Notes: a model not told the origin generated them from the sequence alone. Counted from the stretch's first letter, positions 34,189 to 43,508 are shown. The stretch: 47,385 bases of DNA from Candidatus Hydrogenedentota bacterium (GCA_029937645.1 JAPYPO010000001.1:1-47385), one strand, 5' to 3'. Translations and numbers: made by a program.

Positions 34189-35025
34189 TTAAAGATGCGC
34201 CTCGATGAACGCGTTCAGTCCTTCAGTATACGAATCCCCCGTCAGCCAGAACCCGTCGTTGTGGCCTCCTTGAATTTCCAGCCATTCCTTGGGTTCGTTC
34301 GCCCGCTCGTAGAGGGCGCGCCCGTGATCGTAAGGGATAATTTCATCCTGTTGGCTGTGGACGAGTAGGACGGGGCTCTTGATGTCTTGAATCTTTCTGC
34401 CGTTGTCGAAGCGGTGCCGTATCAGCAGGGCGACGGGGAATATCGGGTACATCTCTTGGGCGCGTTTGGCTACGGACAGAAAGGCGCTTTCGATGATGAC
34501 GGCGGCGGCTTGGACTTCCGTGGCGAGTTGGCAGGTGGGGCCCGCGCCGAGCGAACGCCCGCTTAAAATAATTTCGGAGGGAGCGATTCCACGGGTATCG
34601 GTCAGGTACTTCCAAACCGCGCGCGCGTCGTCGTAACACCGAGCTTCGGAGGGGCGGCCCGTGCTTTTTCCATAGCCGCCGTAGTCGTAGAGGACCACAT
34701 CGAGCCCGAGATCGCGAAGCAGGTCAGCCGTTTCCAGCCTCCCCGCGATGTTCCCTGCGTTTCCGTGCGAAAAGAGCACGACGCCTCGCCGCTCCCCCTC
34801 TGTTTTGATATACCAGAGATGCGTCGCTTCGCCGTCGACGGGTAACATCTCCTCGTCGAAGGTCCAGCCCATGGCGGCGGGCGTCCGGCCAATATCGTGC
34901 GTGGGCATGAAAAGAAGGCGCCCCTGAAAAACAAAGAGAAGGGCCAAAAGGCCAACGTATACCAGCCCCCCTATGGTCAGCACAGACACAAGCATTCGCC
35001 GGGCCTTCCCGTCCTTTTTTAGCAT
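34189..35025 (-). CDS. Alpha/beta hydrolase with N-terminal membrane anchor
   Basis: It has the TM 'VSVLTIGGLVYVGLLALLFVF', 'LFSHGNAGN', the nucleophile elbow 'GRSLG', and C-terminal 'D...GGHND'. Confidence 0.82.
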   Translation of the reverse strand: MLKKDGKARRMLVSVLTIGGLVYVGLLALLFVFQGRLLFMPTHDIGRTPAAMGWTFDEEMLPVDGEATHLWYIKTEGERRGVVLFSHGNAGNIAGRLETADLLRDLGLDVVLYDYGGYGKSTGRPSEARCYDDARAVWKYLTDTRGIAPSEIILSGRSLGAGPTCQLATEVQAAAVIIESAFLSVAKRAQEMYPIFPVALLIRHRFDNGRKIQDIKSPVLLVHSQQDEIIPYDHGRALYERANEPKEWLEIQGGHNDGFWLTGDSYTEGLNAFIEAHL

Positions 35026-35070
35026 CGTCTTACGCTCCGAAGGCCAAAGATCGACATGGAAACATCCCGT

Positions 35071-36048
35071 CTACGCCGAAGCGAATAGGGATTGGGACGC
35101 AAGGTATTCCCGGAGCCGTTCCTCGATGGGCTCGACTTCCGTGAAAGCCATAAGCCCGATTCGCAGGGCGGACGAGTCGCGCATGCCCCGGAGGTAGTGG
35201 GAGTAAAACTTGCGGAAGCTGGTCACGCCACGGCCTTCGCCGCGCGATTCCGCATGTCCCTTGAGGTGGCGTATGCAGAGGTTGATTCGGTCTTCCATGC
35301 TGCGCTCGGAAGGCATCTCGCCCGTCTCAAGATAGGCCTTCGTTTCCTCGAAAATCCACGGGTTCGCGATGGCTCCGCGCCCGATCATCGCGCCATCGCA
35401 GCCGAGATCGAGCACCGACTTCACGTCCTGAGGCGTCACGATATCGCCGTTCGCGATCAGGGGGATGTCCGACACCTCCTTGATACGCGGCAGCCAAGTC
35501 CAGTCCGCATCGCCGGTATATCCCTGCTTGCGCGTCCGGCAATGAAGCGTCAGCGCGTGAACGCCGTTCGCCTCAAGCATGCGGGCCACTTCGAGGATAA
35601 CGATGTCGTCCGTATCCCAGCCGAGGCGCGTCTTTACCGTAACCGGAAGCGACGTGCCGCGGATGACGGACTGCACCACGGCCTCGAAGCGTTTCAGATC
35701 GCGCAGGAGCCCCGCGCCGTCGCCGCGGTTGGCCACTTTTTTCACCCAACAGCCGCAGTTGATGTCGATGAAATCGGGGCCCTGCTCTTCGGCGATTGTG
35801 GCCGCCCTCTCCAACGATTCGCCGTTGCTCCCATAGAGCTGAATAGCGACCGGGCGTTCCGCAGCCGTTACCTTAATCTTCGCGACGGAACGTTTCACGT
35901 TGCGGATTAACGCCTCACAATTCGTGAATTCCGTATACACGAGGTCCGCGCCCCGTTCCTTGCAAATGGCACGGAAGGGGATATCCGAGACGTCCTCCAT
36001 CGGCGCGAGGGCGAGGGGCTTGTCGAGTTTTATGTTTCCTATATTCAT
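35071..36048 (-). CDS. tRNA-dihydrouridine synthase
   Basis: 'LAPMEDVSDIPFRAICKERGADLVYTEF', 'IDINCGC' and 'LTLHCRTR' are Dus family motifs. Confidence 0.92.
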   Translation of the reverse strand: MNIGNIKLDKPLALAPMEDVSDIPFRAICKERGADLVYTEFTNCEALIRNVKRSVAKIKVTAAERPVAIQLYGSNGESLERAATIAEEQGPDFIDINCGCWVKKVANRGDGAGLLRDLKRFEAVVQSVIRGTSLPVTVKTRLGWDTDDIVILEVARMLEANGVHALTLHCRTRKQGYTGDADWTWLPRIKEVSDIPLIANGDIVTPQDVKSVLDLGCDGAMIGRGAIANPWIFEETKAYLETGEMPSERSMEDRINLCIRHLKGHAESRGEGRGVTSFRKFYSHYLRGMRDSSALRIGLMAFTEVEPIEERLREYLASQSLFASA

Positions 36049-36243
36049 AAATAATTGTTGTATCTATTTGCGGCTACAGTGCTTACAGTTTACGCGGAGC
36101 AACGGAAAAGTTCAAGTCGGTCGGTCGTCGATGATTGACGCTCCTTTTCTAAACGAGGCCCCTGCGCAATGGAAAATGGTCATTGATTCCCACCGCGCCG
36201 TTATTCTACATAGAAGCAACAACACCGAAGGGAAGGAGGCAGC

Positions 36244-38925
36244 GTGGGCGTAGATGACGCGGCACTGATCAAACGATGGCGGTCCGACCGCGACGGCGAG
36301 GCTTTCGCGGAACTTGTCGCGCGCTATTCGGGGCTCGTTTACGGCGCTTGCCGACGGGTCACCCGAGATAACGGAAGGTCGGAGGATTTGAGCCAGGAAT
36401 GTTTCCTGAAACTCGCGGTTTCGAGGCCGGTCGTCAAGGGGTCGCTCGGGCCGTGGCTCCATCGCGTGGCGACGAATCTGGCCCTTGACGAAGTCCGAGC
36501 GAGCGGTCGGCGCGCGCGCCGCGATAAGGGCTACACGTTGGATAAAGTCGAACCCGCAGAACCCGAGTGGAGCGATGTCGAGCCGATAGTGGATGAGGCC
36601 GTTCAGGCCCTGCCGGATCTCGTGCGTGTGCCAATCGTGTTGCACTTTTACGAGGGGCGTACGCAAGAAGCAATCGCCGAGTTGACCGACGCGCCGCGCA
36701 GCACCGTTGCCAACCGCATCAAGCGCGGTGTCGAGGAAGTACGCAAGTCCTTGCGGCGGCGCGGTGTCGAGATTCCAGCCGCAGCGCTAACGGCCTTCCT
36801 CGCGACGGAACTCGCGGTTGCCGCGCCAGCAGGCCTCACCACATCGATTGGAAAAGCGGCGCTCGCCGGGCGGTTGCCGCAGCCCGTCGCATCGAATGTC
36901 TCATGGGCGGGCCGCATCGCAATCGCGAGTTCCATTGTTGCTGTAATCGGACTGACTTTGTGGTTGCGTCCGGAAAGCCCAGAGGCTCCCGATACCTTCG
37001 CCGCTGAGGAGGCCGTTCAAGAAATCACGGCGGCCCCGTCCGTTCCAGTCGATGAAAGCGCGTTGGTTGAGGCCGAACCGGAAGAGGCCGTCAAAGCGCC
37101 TCCCGTGAAGGAGGTCCAATCTGCGATAACACCTGCGCCCGAGGACGATGCAGGCCCGAGCGTTAGCGGGACGATTACCCACATTTCAGGCGCACCAGTC
37201 CCCGGTGCGCTCGTTCGCCTCATGCCGAAGGATGCGCCCGCCTCGACGGGCGTCGTCGAGCATTATCTTGAGCAGTATGGCATGGCGTATACGGATACCG
37301 ACGGAAATTACACCATTTCCGATATCCAGTTGACGGGCCAAGTCGTTATCGCGGCGGCCGCGCCAGGATTTCTGGAGGAGGTGAAACATCTGACAATCGC
37401 CGAGGGGGACCAGCGTAAGGGATTCGACTTCGCCCTGGAGGCGACCTACGATTTCGCGGGACGCGTCCTCGACGCGCGCGGCAGGCCTGTGGAGGGCGCG
37501 CTTGTGGTTCCCCTTGAGATGGATCCAAGGCTTGATTCCGAGCTTTGGCGTCGGTGGCGCTTGACCGACAAGAACGGAATGTTCTACTACGCCCTTCAAC
37601 GCACGATCGATGTCGAAGAAGGGCGAGACCGCTCGAACGATTGGAAGGACAGGCGTCTGGTTCTGGAGGTGAGCGCTCAAGGCCGCGGATCGGATATTTT
37701 TTACGACGTGCTTCTCGCTGCGGGCGAAGTGGTGGAGTTTCGACTGCCGGCATCGACCGCCTTAAACGGCACGCTCGTTTCCGGCGACGGAACCCCACTT
37801 CCGAATTACACTGTCATGTTCTCAGGCGTCTATCGCGAAGTCGTGAATCCGGATGGCAGCCTGGGCACGATGCCCACCTCCCGGCACGTAAGAAAGACCG
37901 ATGCCCAAGGCCGATACGAAATCCAGGGTTTCCCCCCGAACATTAGCTACTCGGTTTCGCTCAGAGACCAAGATGGCGGGCGGGTTCCGCGCGCTGCGCA
38001 CGGGAAGCCCCCTCTGTTGCAACCGGGCAGTAGCGCCCGCTTCGATCTTACGGCGAATCTCGGAGTAATGCTAACAGGCGATGTGATTGGGGCTCCGAGC
38101 GGCAACCCCGTTCTCGCATTCATAGTGGTGTCGGTCCTTGACGTAGAAACGGAAAGATTCATCGGGTGGCCGTATTCGCCGGAGGGAGAGAGCTCCTATA
38201 GCATAAGGTTGTCCAAGCCGGGCACCTACTTGGTAGACGCTGTTTACAATTTTTATGTACATGAGCCGCGAGAGGCTTCCTCGGCGTTGAGAAACGAGGA
38301 CGGAGTCTTTGTAAAAGTGGAGGTAGGCGCGGGAGACAATCGCGTCGATGTCACTGTGCCCGACCCTTTCGTGCTGCCGTTCCACACCGTAGACGCTGAT
38401 GGTCTTCCCGTAGAGTCCGCCGAGTTACGGATAGGGCGCATGACCCCGAAATACGTCAGTGACCTGGACGGCTCCTACACCCACAGGCGCACTGATCGTA
38501 ATGGACGACACACTGCCTACGCCATGCCTGGAAAGGAAATCTGGGTGAGCGCCACCGCTGACGGTTATTCCACCGCGCGCACCCCTCATTTCGTGGGCGA
38601 GCCGGGCGAAGTGCATCCGGAAATCGAACTCGTACTCCGAAAACCTGGGGATGTACTCGGCCGTCTCGTCGGGCCCGACGGTAAACTGGTCCAGTCTGGG
38701 CGATTCAAAATATCCGTGTTCAACCGTCTGCATCAAGATTTAATTTATACCGGTATCGACATAGACGGCGGCCTATTTCGATTTCCGGGAGTCCTGGTGG
38801 AAGATAATCTTCACATCATGCTCATGTACAACCGCCGCGAAATATGGACCGAACCCTACCTCCACGAAGGCCCAGCCGATGTAGACCTGGACTTCGGCGA
38901 CATCACCGTGTCACCGGAGCCGTAA
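36244..38925 (+). CDS. ECF-type sigma-70 family factor fused via one TM helix to a roughly 650-aa extracytoplasmic region with CarboxypepD_reg-like repeats
   Basis: The GTG start has GGAAGGAGG 5 nt upstream. Sigma region 2 is 'FAELVARYSGLVYGACRRV...SQECFLKL' and region 4 is 'LHFYEGRTQEAIAELTDAPRSTVANRIKRGVEEVRKSL'. The TM 'RIAIASSIVAVIGLTLWL' maps to about nt 36910-36966. Repeated 'G.V.D..G.PV.GA.V' beta-sandwich-like units follow. Confidence 0.85.
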   Translation: MGVDDAALIKRWRSDRDGEAFAELVARYSGLVYGACRRVTRDNGRSEDLSQECFLKLAVSRPVVKGSLGPWLHRVATNLALDEVRASGRRARRDKGYTLDKVEPAEPEWSDVEPIVDEAVQALPDLVRVPIVLHFYEGRTQEAIAELTDAPRSTVANRIKRGVEEVRKSLRRRGVEIPAAALTAFLATELAVAAPAGLTTSIGKAALAGRLPQPVASNVSWAGRIAIASSIVAVIGLTLWLRPESPEAPDTFAAEEAVQEITAAPSVPVDESALVEAEPEEAVKAPPVKEVQSAITPAPEDDAGPSVSGTITHISGAPVPGALVRLMPKDAPASTGVVEHYLEQYGMAYTDTDGNYTISDIQLTGQVVIAAAAPGFLEEVKHLTIAEGDQRKGFDFALEATYDFAGRVLDARGRPVEGALVVPLEMDPRLDSELWRRWRLTDKNGMFYYALQRTIDVEEGRDRSNDWKDRRLVLEVSAQGRGSDIFYDVLLAAGEVVEFRLPASTALNGTLVSGDGTPLPNYTVMFSGVYREVVNPDGSLGTMPTSRHVRKTDAQGRYEIQGFPPNISYSVSLRDQDGGRVPRAAHGKPPLLQPGSSARFDLTANLGVMLTGDVIGAPSGNPVLAFIVVSVLDVETERFIGWPYSPEGESSYSIRLSKPGTYLVDAVYNFYVHEPREASSALRNEDGVFVKVEVGAGDNRVDVTVPDPFVLPFHTVDADGLPVESAELRIGRMTPKYVSDLDGSYTHRRTDRNGRHTAYAMPGKEIWVSATADGYSTARTPHFVGEPGEVHPEIELVLRKPGDVLGRLVGPDGKLVQSGRFKISVFNRLHQDLIYTGIDIDGGLFRFPGVLVEDNLHIMLMYNRREIWTEPYLHEGPADVDLDFGDITVSPEP

Positions 38926-38946
38926 CGCCGAATAGGCTTCGGCCTC

Positions 38947-40290
38947 CTACTTCTCTATCCGCAAATCCAGGCAAATGAGTTGTCGATTTCTCTCGGGATC
39001 AAGCCGAGGGTCATTCCGGACGTAGAGCAACCCATGGCTAAGAACGGGGGGCGTCCAAGTCGGGCCTTTCATGATGCGGGCGCGCGCCTTTTCGACGTAG
39101 CCGTCGGGGCTCACTTCGATGAGCGCGACGTCGCCGCGTTCGCCGATGGCGATGAAGTGGCCATCGGCCATGATAAACGACGCGCGTCCAAGGCCTTTTT
39201 CCGCGGTCCACATCACCTTCCCGGTCAAGAATTCGATGCAGCGAAGGTTCGAGCCCCGCTCATGGCGTCCGCTCATCCCGTAGAGGTAGCCTTCGTGATA
39301 GATGGCCGTCGCCCAATGCGTTTGCATCGAGTCCAGACGCTTCCAGACTTCCTTCAGCCCGCCGGGATCCAGCCGCAACGCGACCGCCCCGATATTGTAG
39401 GTGGCCGACAGAAATACCACGTCATCTACCAGCACCGGAGTCGCCGCGATGGCCGATTCGCGCGTTGCCGACCGGAAGGGGTATTGGTATCGCACCGCGC
39501 CCGTCTTCGGCTCAAGGACCAGCAGCCCGTTCGCCGTGTGGAAAATGGCCAGCCGCTCGCCGTTAACCGTCCTGACGATGGGCGTCGAATAACTGGCCTC
39601 GTCGTTGCTCGCCTTCCATACCTGCTCGCCCGTATTCTTGTCGAAGGCGACTACGCCTGCCCCGTTCCAACCACCGACGTTGATCAAGACTAGATCTTCC
39701 TCAATGACCGGCGCGGACCCGACGCCGAAGAAGCCCTTTTTAACGTTGTACTCCTTGTTCACGGGCCGCTGCCACACGCGTTCGCCCGTCTCGAATTCAA
39801 CACAAGTGAGCACGCCTTCCGCTCCGAAGGTATAGACTCGGTCGCCATCAATGGCCGGCGAGGAACGGGGACCGCCGTTGTAACCATAGTCGTCAACATA
39901 TCGGGTGGGATACTTGTGCGTCCAAATTGTCCGCGAGCCATCTTTCGCGTCGACGCAATCAATAACTTCCTCGTTACCGACGCGGTGGAACATGACCAAC
40001 TTGCCCTGTGCGACAACCGGCGCTCCATACCCCTCGCCGATGGACCGTTTCCATAACACCGGAGGCCCCTCCTCCGGCCATTCCTTCAACAGGCCCGTCT
40101 CGAGGGAGGTGCCGTTGTGGTGGGGCCCTAAGAAATTGGGCCAATCTTCCGCGTTCTCCGGCGCCTGAACTTGAGGATCTTCGTTCGAGGCGGCCAGCAC
40201 TTTGCCCGTCGCAGAATTCTCCATTGAACAAGCAAGGCCGACGCCCAATAGTAATACAGAAAATCCCAGTTTCATCACGCCGTCGTTCAT
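38947..40290 (-). CDS. PQQ-like beta-propeller repeat protein, probable lipoprotein
   Basis: Repeated 'G..VW' and 'Y..P.V..G.V' blade motifs are present. The N-terminus 'MKLGFSVLLLGVGLAC' carries a lipobox-like L-A-C. The start is uncertain: 40290, 40275, or the track start 40386. Confidence 0.8.
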   Translation of the reverse strand: MNDGVMKLGFSVLLLGVGLACSMENSATGKVLAASNEDPQVQAPENAEDWPNFLGPHHNGTSLETGLLKEWPEEGPPVLWKRSIGEGYGAPVVAQGKLVMFHRVGNEEVIDCVDAKDGSRTIWTHKYPTRYVDDYGYNGGPRSSPAIDGDRVYTFGAEGVLTCVEFETGERVWQRPVNKEYNVKKGFFGVGSAPVIEEDLVLINVGGWNGAGVVAFDKNTGEQVWKASNDEASYSTPIVRTVNGERLAIFHTANGLLVLEPKTGAVRYQYPFRSATRESAIAATPVLVDDVVFLSATYNIGAVALRLDPGGLKEVWKRLDSMQTHWATAIYHEGYLYGMSGRHERGSNLRCIEFLTGKVMWTAEKGLGRASFIMADGHFIAIGERGDVALIEVSPDGYVEKARARIMKGPTWTPPVLSHGLLYVRNDPRLDPERNRQLICLDLRIEK

Positions 40291-40348
40291 AAGTCCCGAG
40301 GCTCCCTTTGCGCGCGTCGTGGCGCGCTGCGTTCGCGCTTCTAATTGA

Positions 40349-41119
40349 TCAGAGGTTTGGTTTAAGCAATACAAAGTAGCAAACAAGCAGCATAATTTTC
40401 ACGGCTGCACCGGTAAGATAAAAGTAAAAATCCTGGTTCCCCCGTTTCGTTCCCATTTGCTTACTTAGAATCGCCATGGCTACCGAGGCGGCAACAACAA
40501 TGCAGACCAGTGCTATTAGTAGCGCGTCGAGTCCCATAAAGCGACCTATCACAACAACCGCGAGAGCGCCTGCGTACAGAACGAGTAGAATGGGGATGGT
40601 TCCGCTTGCTATCGGCAATCGGGGTTCGCGGCGGCTTTTCTCGATCACAGGGGATGTGTCAGGAATTTGCCCCGCTATGTGCGCCCAAATGGAATTCATA
40701 TCTTCGAATCCTCGGATACAGACTTTCTTTTCGCCTTCGGTCAGTCGGATTTTGAGCATACGTGCACCCGAATCAGTCATGTGGAGGGTGACTGACGAGA
40801 CTTCGCGAAGGTTAATTTTCCAGAAGGTGCTGAAACCGAATTTGAGTTCGGCACCCGTTCCATCAAACACGAGACGGGCTTGGTCAGATTGCCAACGAAT
40901 AAAGTAGGGTCCGACTACGCCCGCGGCCAGCACAAACACAAATATATATGCCGTGGACGACAAACCGCTTATATCGAAATTGCTCTCTAGTAACGCGCAA
41001 TTTACAACGAGTGCCATCGGCCAGGGAGCGGCAAACAACGATAACCGAAACGAATTGCAAAACCTTCGTTTGTAGTCGTCGGAAAATTCGAATTCGTTCT
41101 TCACGCCGTTCTCACCCAT
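40349..41119 (-). CDS. Hypothetical polytopic membrane protein with a central soluble (PH-like?) segment
   Basis: Two N-terminal and about three C-terminal hydrophobic segments flank 'ARLVFDGTGAELKFGFSTFWKINLREVSSVTLHMT...'. GC content is lower than the surroundings. The start is the ATG at 41119 or the TTG at 41155. Confidence 0.6.
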   Translation of the reverse strand: MGENGVKNEFEFSDDYKRRFCNSFRLSLFAAPWPMALVVNCALLESNFDISGLSSTAYIFVFVLAAGVVGPYFIRWQSDQARLVFDGTGAELKFGFSTFWKINLREVSSVTLHMTDSGARMLKIRLTEGEKKVCIRGFEDMNSIWAHIAGQIPDTSPVIEKSRREPRLPIASGTIPILLVLYAGALAVVVIGRFMGLDALLIALVCIVVAASVAMAILSKQMGTKRGNQDFYFYLTGAAVKIMLLVCYFVLLKPNL

Positions 41120-41162
41120 GGGCGGAATCTCATCGCGACCCGCAGCAAACACCAATTGAAAC

Positions 41163-41408
41163 TTATAGTAACGCTTGCAAGTGCTCGTGGAGGAACTCCG
41201 GCGCGAAGTCAGCGCCGTTTTCCCATACGACCGTGCAAGTTTCAGGATCTACATGAAACGACTTGAACTTCTCCAGATTCCGTAGCGGGCCGAAGACCTC
41301 GCCCTCAAGTTCAGCTTCGAGATCGATTTCCCCTTCGGCGTCGTCGTTGAAACGAACCCAAATTGTATAATCGCGCATGTATTTCGCTTCAAGAATATGT
41401 AGAAACAT
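41163..41408 (-). CDS. DUF2442-like small protein
   Basis: The 81-aa ORF 'YTIWVRFNDDAEGEIDL......FGPL......F..F.VDPE..TVVWENGADFAPEFL' fits the DUF2442 pattern. GC content is lower than the surroundings. Confidence 0.7.
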   Translation of the reverse strand: MFLHILEAKYMRDYTIWVRFNDDAEGEIDLEAELEGEVFGPLRNLEKFKSFHVDPETCTVVWENGADFAPEFLHEHLQALL

Positions 41409-41485
41409 AGCCCTACTCCAACGGCGCTAGAGCCGCTTGAGGATAGCGAACTCGATTCGCGTAAGGTGATTCGACCCATGCGAAT

Positions 41486-43459
41486 CTACTTCGCCGGTTG
41501 AAGATCCGACGCGAGTGGTTGGCTTAGGAACTGGCGGGCGGTCTGCATTAGACCAGCGGCGTCCAGACCAGCCTCGGCGAGTTGCTCCGCGCGCGTCGCG
41601 TGATCGATGAACCGATCCGACAAACCCACCCGCTTGATTCGCACATCACCCAGGCGATCCCGCTTTTCAAAATGCTCCATGACCGCCGAGCCGAAGCCGC
41701 CTTCAAGTGTGTTCTCTTCCACGGTGATGAGCGAAAGGTGGGCGATCGTATCCAACAGCGCGCCGTCGAGTGGTTTGACGAAGCGCGCGTCCGCAACGGC
41801 GATCGAGTAGCCTTCGCTTTCGAGTGCCTCAGCCGCTTCAAGGCACCCCTTAAGGACGGGTCCGATCGCCAGAAAGCAGCCGTCGCGGCCCTCGCGAAGG
41901 AGTTCGCCGCCCGTCATGTCGCGCTCGTCCGCGCCGGGGATGGTCGTCGCGATACACCGCGCGTATCGAATCGCCACCGGGCCGTCTTGCTGGAGTGCCC
42001 AGCGAAGGGCCAGTCGCGTATCCACATCGTCGCGCGGCGCTAGTACGACCGCGTTCGGAATCGCCCGTAAAAAGGAGAGATCGAAGGCCCCCTGCTGCGT
42101 CGGGCTATCCTCTCCCACCAGCCCTGCCCGGTCTACGGCAAAAACCACGGGAAGATTCTGAAGGCAGACATCGTGGATATATTGGTCAAAGCCCCGCTGG
42201 AGGAACGTGGAATAGATGGCCGCCACGGGCCGCATCCCCTGCGTCGCCAAGCCCGCCGCAAAGGTCACGGCGTGTTGCTCGCAAATCCCCACATCGTAAA
42301 AGCGTTTCGGATACACCGCCTCAAATTTCGAGAGGCCGGTTCCGGTCGGCATGGCCGCCGTAATGCCGACAATCGCCTCGTCAGCTTCCGCCGCTTCAAT
42401 AAGCGCGTTCGCAAATGCGTCGGTGAAGGTCGGGGCCGTTTCCACGTCAGCGGGTTTCGATTCAACAGCAGGCACCTCGCCGAGCAGCGCGTGACCGTTT
42501 TCGGTCTTGACATCGTAGGGCTTGACGCCGTGGTATTTGAGCGGATCTTCTTCCGCGTAGGGATACCCCTTTCCCTTTCGAGTCACGCAATGGAAGAGCA
42601 TGGGCTTCGCCATGTCTTTAATATTTTGAAGGCAATGAACGAGCGTGGGAATGTCATTGCCGTCGCAGGGCCCAATATAACGAAAACCCAGTTCCTCGAA
42701 GAAGGTGCCTTTGACAATCATGCCCTTCAGCGAATGTTCCATCCGCCGAGCCGCGTCCGTGACCTGACGCCCCACGGTGTGTTCCATAAAGGATTTAAGG
42801 TCGCCCTTGGCCCGGTTGTACAGGCCGCCCGTGATGAGGCGGCTCAACATGGACGAAAGCGCGCCTACATTTTTCGAGATGGACATATCGTTGTCGTTCA
42901 GCACAACGAGCATGTTCGCGTAGAGGTGGCCCGCATGGCTCAGCGCCTCGTAGGCCATCCCACCCGTCAGGGCGCCATCGCCGATGATCGCGACCACCCG
43001 CCCCGCTTCCTTACGGCGAGCTTTCGCGATGGCCATGCCCAAGCCCGCCGATATAGAGGTCGAACTGTGGCCCGTACCGAAGGAATCGTAAGGGCTTTCC
43101 GACCGCCGGGGATAACCGCTCAGGCCGCCTTTGGCCCGCAGCGTATGGAAAGTATCTCGCCGGCCCGTGAGAATTTTGTGGGCATGGGCTTGGTGGCCCA
43201 CATCCCAGATCATGCAATCCTGTTCCAAGTCGAATACATGATGGAGCGCGATCGTAAGCTCGACCGCGCCAAGGGGCGATGCGAAATGGCCCCCGTTTGT
43301 CGAGGCCACTTCGATGATGACCTGGCGGACCTCTCCGGCGAGCGTTTCCAGCGCGTCCAAGGAAAGCGACCGGATGTCACTCGGCTGCTCAAGCCCGGAA
43401 AGACAGGGATACGAGTCTCGAAGATGCTCGGCCCAACGCGTATCCTCAATGGTCGACAT
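41486..43459 (-). CDS. dxs: 1-deoxy-D-xylulose-5-phosphate synthase
   Basis: 'GGHFASPLGAVELTIALHHVF', 'WDVGHQAHAHKILTGR' and 'GDGALTGGMAYEAL' are present, along with the transketolase-like C-terminal domains. GAGGT lies upstream of the ATG. Confidence 0.97.
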   Translation of the reverse strand: MSTIEDTRWAEHLRDSYPCLSGLEQPSDIRSLSLDALETLAGEVRQVIIEVASTNGGHFASPLGAVELTIALHHVFDLEQDCMIWDVGHQAHAHKILTGRRDTFHTLRAKGGLSGYPRRSESPYDSFGTGHSSTSISAGLGMAIAKARRKEAGRVVAIIGDGALTGGMAYEALSHAGHLYANMLVVLNDNDMSISKNVGALSSMLSRLITGGLYNRAKGDLKSFMEHTVGRQVTDAARRMEHSLKGMIVKGTFFEELGFRYIGPCDGNDIPTLVHCLQNIKDMAKPMLFHCVTRKGKGYPYAEEDPLKYHGVKPYDVKTENGHALLGEVPAVESKPADVETAPTFTDAFANALIEAAEADEAIVGITAAMPTGTGLSKFEAVYPKRFYDVGICEQHAVTFAAGLATQGMRPVAAIYSTFLQRGFDQYIHDVCLQNLPVVFAVDRAGLVGEDSPTQQGAFDLSFLRAIPNAVVLAPRDDVDTRLALRWALQQDGPVAIRYARCIATTIPGADERDMTGGELLREGRDGCFLAIGPVLKGCLEAAEALESEGYSIAVADARFVKPLDGALLDTIAHLSLITVEENTLEGGFGSAVMEHFEKRDRLGDVRIKRVGLSDRFIDHATRAEQLAEAGLDAAGLMQTARQFLSQPLASDLQPAK

Positions 43460-43499
43460 GGATGAATCCTACCTCATATTGATACTCCCCAACGCGGCG

Positions 43500-43508
43500 A
43501 GTATAGCA
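43500..43508 (-). promoter_or_regulatory. Extended -10-like element TGCTATACT upstream of dxs
   Basis: The reverse complement of AGTATAGCA lies about 40 nt upstream of the ATG at 43459. Confidence 0.4.

Noticed and set aside
36112-36666. 184-aa minus-strand ORF overlapping the start of the ECF sigma fusion gene
   Set aside because: It overlaps the well-supported sigma region 2 coding sequence and its SD. It has no family signal.
42173-43465. 430-aa ORF antisense to dxs
   Set aside because: It is a shadow frame within dxs, Arg/Gly/His-rich, with no motifs.
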